DNA of 64,000 nucleotides from Spirochaetia bacterium (GTDB lineage Bacteria; Spirochaetota; Spirochaetia; CADAEX01): NCBI GenBank assembly GCA_963662795.1, contig OY759746.1, positions 544,001 to 608,000 of the forward strand, read 5' to 3'. Shown piece by piece: positions 60,699 to 64,000 of this stretch (position 1 is its first letter; each line of letters starts with the position of its first letter). The notes under the pieces were generated by a model. It saw only the letters and a program-made list of their open reading frames with translations, ran no database searches and was not told where the DNA came from. The position numbers and the translations under genes were made by a program.

Positions 60699-61208
60699 AT
60701 GAAAATTGGAACTGAACGGCTGCTGGTAAGAGGGCTTGAAGAAAAAGATGAATCTGATTATTTCGAAATATTCGGGAACCCGGCAATTTCAAGATATGAT
60801 GATTTTTCCCCTATCAAAGAAACTGAAGCACTGGAGAATATTCACGATATTATTGAGGCGTATAAAACCGAAGACTCTGAAAAAGAATATGGGGTAGAAC
60901 TTAAATCCGAAAAAAAGATTATCGGGGTTCTTTATCTAAACCTTGAAAACGGCATCTGGTTTACAGGATATCATTTCAACGAGAAATACCACGGCAAAGG
61001 CTACGCGGCAGAAGCTGTAAGCGCTTTTTTAAACGATCTGGAAAAAAGGACAGGAAGGGAGATCAGGGCAATCGTGGATCCGGAAAACAGGCCGTCCATC
61101 AAACTGCTTGAAAAACTTTCATTTGAATTCATGGAACAGAAAAGCAGGGAAAAGGAAGGTAAAGTTATTCACGAGTGCTTTTACAGGAAAAAGCCGGGGA
61201 AATTCTGA
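60699..61208 (+). CDS. GNAT N-acetyltransferase (RimJ/RimL family)
   Basis: TERLLVR, YHGKGYAAEA, N.PSIKLLEKL.F. Confidence 0.88.
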   Translation: MKIGTERLLVRGLEEKDESDYFEIFGNPAISRYDDFSPIKETEALENIHDIIEAYKTEDSEKEYGVELKSEKKIIGVLYLNLENGIWFTGYHFNEKYHGKGYAAEAVSAFLNDLEKRTGREIRAIVDPENRPSIKLLEKLSFEFMEQKSREKEGKVIHECFYRKKPGKF

Positions 61209-61277
61209 AAGTACGAACCTGAAACCGGGCAGAGTTTTGCCGGCAGTCATTTTTCAAAAGGCGGTATAATAAATAAT

Positions 61278-62048
61278 ATGAATATAATAATTACAAACGA
61301 TGACGGCATTTTCTCACCCGGCCTTGCCGCGGCGGCGGAAGCCGCATCCGGATACGGGGACCTTTTTATCGCGGCCCCTTCAAAACAGAAAACAGCTTCA
61401 GGACGGAGCCTTATCGGAGATAAGGATGATTTTTTCCATGAAACTCTCATAAATTACGGTAAGAAGAAGTTCAGGGCATTTCACATCGACTGTACGCCCG
61501 CCCTTGTTCTTAAAATGGCTTTTGAAACAGTATTCAGAGGGGTTAAATTTGATCTTGCGGTTTCAGGCATAAACTACGGTGAAAATATTGGTTCCGATGT
61601 GACGATATCAGGCACGCTCGGTGCAGCATTTGAAGCGGCATCTGTCGGAATACCCGCGATCGCAGCATCACTTCAAACCTCACTTGACAACCACTTTCAT
61701 TACGGGGATGAGAACTGGGAAAGCGCACTCTTTTTCCTGAAACAATATATAGGTATATTCAGCGAAAAAAGGACATTCAACAATTTCCAGATATTAAAGC
61801 TTGATGTCCCGTCCGGGGCGACAGCTGCCACACCCGCTGAAACTACAAGACTTACGGATAAACCATATTACAGAAATCTTGTTGAAAACGGGACTCCCTC
61901 TTCAAAGGTCTCTGAGCTTAAAGTAAGCATCAATAATGTAGAACACAATAAGGGGACAGACGCCCACACGCTGAATGTTAAAAAAATGGTATCACTTACC
62001 CCCCTCTCACAGGATTTTTCATCTCCTTCCGTAAGCCGGCTTTTCTGA
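61278..62048 (+). CDS. surE: 5'/3'-nucleotidase SurE
   Basis: ITNDDG, TPA, SGINYGEN, SGTLGAA.EA, SLTPL. Confidence 0.93.
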   Translation: MNIIITNDDGIFSPGLAAAAEAASGYGDLFIAAPSKQKTASGRSLIGDKDDFFHETLINYGKKKFRAFHIDCTPALVLKMAFETVFRGVKFDLAVSGINYGENIGSDVTISGTLGAAFEAASVGIPAIAASLQTSLDNHFHYGDENWESALFFLKQYIGIFSEKRTFNNFQILKLDVPSGATAATPAETTRLTDKPYYRNLVENGTPSSKVSELKVSINNVEHNKGTDAHTLNVKKMVSLTPLSQDFSSPSVSRLF

Positions 62049-62112
62049 AAATACAAAAGAAGGGAGTTTATGCCGATTGAAATGAAGGGCGCTTTGGTAT
62101 AACTTGTACAGA

Positions 62113-64000
62113 GTGAAAAAACCTGAAATCCTGTCTCCCGCGGGAGATATCATGAGCCTTAAGGCGGCTTTTGCCGCAGGTGCCGATGCGGTATATTTCG
62201 GCCTTCCCTCATTTAACGCAAGGCAGAGAGCAAAAAATATCAGAACTGAAGATCTCCCCTCAATCGTATCGGAGGCTTCACTCAGGGGAATAAAACTTTA
62301 TCTTACGCTGAATACCCTTATCACAGAAACTGAGGTCCGGGAGGTCCTTGATGTTATAGACTCTGCAATGACCGCGGGAATCAGGGCCTTTATCATACAG
62401 GATATGGGCGTTTTATATCTGCTTAAAAAGGTATATCCGCAGGCGGAGATACATATATCCACACAGGCGACAACCCACACAAAAGGGCAGATTGCTTTCC
62501 TCTCAAAATGCGGAGCCCATCGTGTAAATCTCGCGAGGGAACTTGACGCGGATGAGGTGAGAGAGATCACATCAGAAGCGCACAGGCTTGGAATGGAAAC
62601 CGAGATTTTTGTGCACGGCTCATACTGCCTGTCTTATTCAGGACAGTGCTATCTCTGTTCTTTTCTCGAGGGAACATCCGGCAACAGGGGGCTGTGCCAG
62701 CAGAACTGCAGAAGGCTTTACAGGAAAAACAGGAATACAGGATATTTCCTTAATCTTAAGGACAACAGCGCTCTTTCTTTCGCTAAGGATCTCATTGCCG
62801 CCGGAGTTGATTCGCTTAAAATTGAGGGAAGGATAAAAAGCCCCGCCTATGTTTATTCAGTGGTAAAAGCCTGGAAACATCTGATATCAGATCCTGACGA
62901 TTACAGCAAAAAGGAACTGGCAGAAGCGCTGATTGACGGAGTATTCAACCGTGATTTCACAGACAGCTATCTTGCGAATAACGTCAACAGCCGAATGTTT
63001 GCCGACCTGCCTTCCGACCGTTCCATGAAACAGTTTGCGTCTGTCCTGTCATATACCGCGGACAGTTTCACATTATGCATGGATTCAGGGATAGCCTCCC
63101 CCCTTCCCGCCGAGATTATAATAAAGGAAAACTCCGGCAGATTTATCTGCGCGGCAGTTTCAGAAGAAGAGGCTGATACACCGGCTTTTGCGGCAGAGGC
63201 GGCCGCAGGGCCGGGCAGTTTAAAAGGCATCAGATACTGTTATAAAATTAAAATCACCGGAAAACTCGAGGGAAAGATAAACAGGGGTAACGCAGTCTTT
63301 GCCCAGAGGCCGGCGCTTTCTGCGGGAGAAGCGGAAAGCAGCATTAATAATGTCGTTTTCAGAAAAATACCGGTTACAGCGAAGGTTACGGCCGAAGAGG
63401 GAAAACCGCTTCGCCTCGAACTTGAGGCAAGCGGAAAAAGAGCCTTTTATGAATCGGGGGAGACACTTTCCCCTGCCCGCAAAGCTCCGGCCGGCAGGGA
63501 GAGTTTTATTAAACAGCTTTCAAAATTCGGCAATACTCCGTTTACACTTGAAAATACATTATTTGAAAAATGGGACGATAATCTCTTTATCCCGGCGGGA
63601 GAAATCAACAATACCAGAAGAAGCTGTACAGCATCCCTTCTCGGAACAACAGGGGCGGAAGGAAAAGAGAAATTTCTTCAGGAGTATAAGGAAAACAATA
63701 AATCTCATGAAGAAACTTCTAAAATGAAAAGGGAAAGCACCCTGGCCGTCTATCTTGACAGTCTCCCTGCGGCAAATGAGCTTAAATCCATTTACGGAAA
63801 CGCTATAACAATCATGTTTGAAATTTCAGACCCGGATGTTAAAATTGATGATAGTTTTATACCTGTATTTCCGGCGGTCATGGAATGGGAAGCTGAAAAA
63901 AAGTATATGGATTATATTGAAAACAGCAGCTGTTCCCTGATAGTGCTTAACAATACATCCCTTGCAGAAACTGCCGACAGGTCCGGCAAAAAATGGATAG
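62113..64000 (+). CDS. U32 'peptidase' family protein, long form (RlhA-like RNA hydroxylation), 3'-truncated by the window; absent from the ORF track
   Basis: Translated by hand from GTG 62113: MKKPEILSPAG, GADAVYFG, FNAR, HISTQ, FVHGSYCLSYSGQC..GNRGLCQQNCR, LKIEGR; in frame at the window end. Confidence 0.9.
   Translation, partial: MKKPEILSPAGDIMSLKAAFAAGADAVYFGLPSFNARQRAKNIRTEDLPSIVSEASLRGIKLYLTLNTLITETEVREVLDVIDSAMTAGIRAFIIQDMGVLYLLKKVYPQAEIHISTQATTHTKGQIAFLSKCGAHRVNLARELDADEVREITSEAHRLGMETEIFVHGSYCLSYSGQCYLCSFLEGTSGNRGLCQQNCRRLYRKNRNTGYFLNLKDNSALSFAKDLIAAGVDSLKIEGRIKSPAYVYSVVKAWKHLISDPDDYSKKELAEALIDGVFNRDFTDSYLANNVNSRMFADLPSDRSMKQFASVLSYTADSFTLCMDSGIASPLPAEIIIKENSGRFICAAVSEEEADTPAFAAEAAAGPGSLKGIRYCYKIKITGKLEGKINRGNAVFAQRPALSAGEAESSINNVVFRKIPVTAKVTAEEGKPLRLELEASGKRAFYESGETLSPARKAPAGRESFIKQLSKFGNTPFTLENTLFEKWDDNLFIPAGEINNTRRSCTASLLGTTGAEGKEKFLQEYKENNKSHEETSKMKRESTLAVYLDSLPAANELKSIYGNAITIMFEISDPDVKIDDSFIPVFPAVMEWEAEKKYMDYIENSSCSLIVLNNTSLAETADRSGKKWI

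Noticed and set aside
62298-63727. Short ORFs listed in the last 2 kb
   Set aside because: All overlap the U32 gene out of frame or antisense.
1-64000. CRISPR arrays, tRNA/rRNA genes, IS elements, integrases, prophage genes, reverse transcriptases
   Set aside because: No regularly spaced direct repeats, cloverleaf or rRNA-like tracts, or transposase/integrase/RT motifs seen by eye. Intergenic gaps are short (up to ~350 bp).

Overview
Gene-dense chromosomal segment, most likely from a free-living anaerobic spirochaete (inferred from 'FAGGGKE/FAGGSSE'-type secreted-protein N-termini and overall gene content). I found no rRNA, tRNA, CRISPR array, integrase or transposase. Recognisable genes: SRAP, M15 peptidase, an amino-acid cluster (DAACS transporter, unknown protein, asparaginase, threonine-synthase-like enzyme, Asp/Glu racemase), pncA/pncB, hcp, deoC, an ABC transporter, lipBA, ychF, RNase II-like, class II photolyase, rsgA, DAK2-DegV, plsY, phosphonate biosynthesis (ppd, pepM), pstSCAB-phoU, sod, surE and a U32 protein running off the right end. 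The best candidate for an undescribed system is a ~2,700-aa signal-peptide-bearing protein at 52468-60561. It has Trp-periodic coiled-coil blocks, a Gly/Ala-rich hydrophobic segment, an HEAHRDG motif and a C-terminal papain/C39-like Cys-His-Asn domain, and it is translationally coupled to a secreted immunity-like gene: a putative polymorphic toxin with no known secretion machinery nearby. Other leads are a GlpP-like antitermination leader on the ABC operon, a leader-peptide attenuator on rsgA, a large protein with a split HPr domain, an orphan phosphonate module beside lipid and pst genes, and several apparently leaderless genes. All family calls come from motif recognition by eye; no database searches were run.
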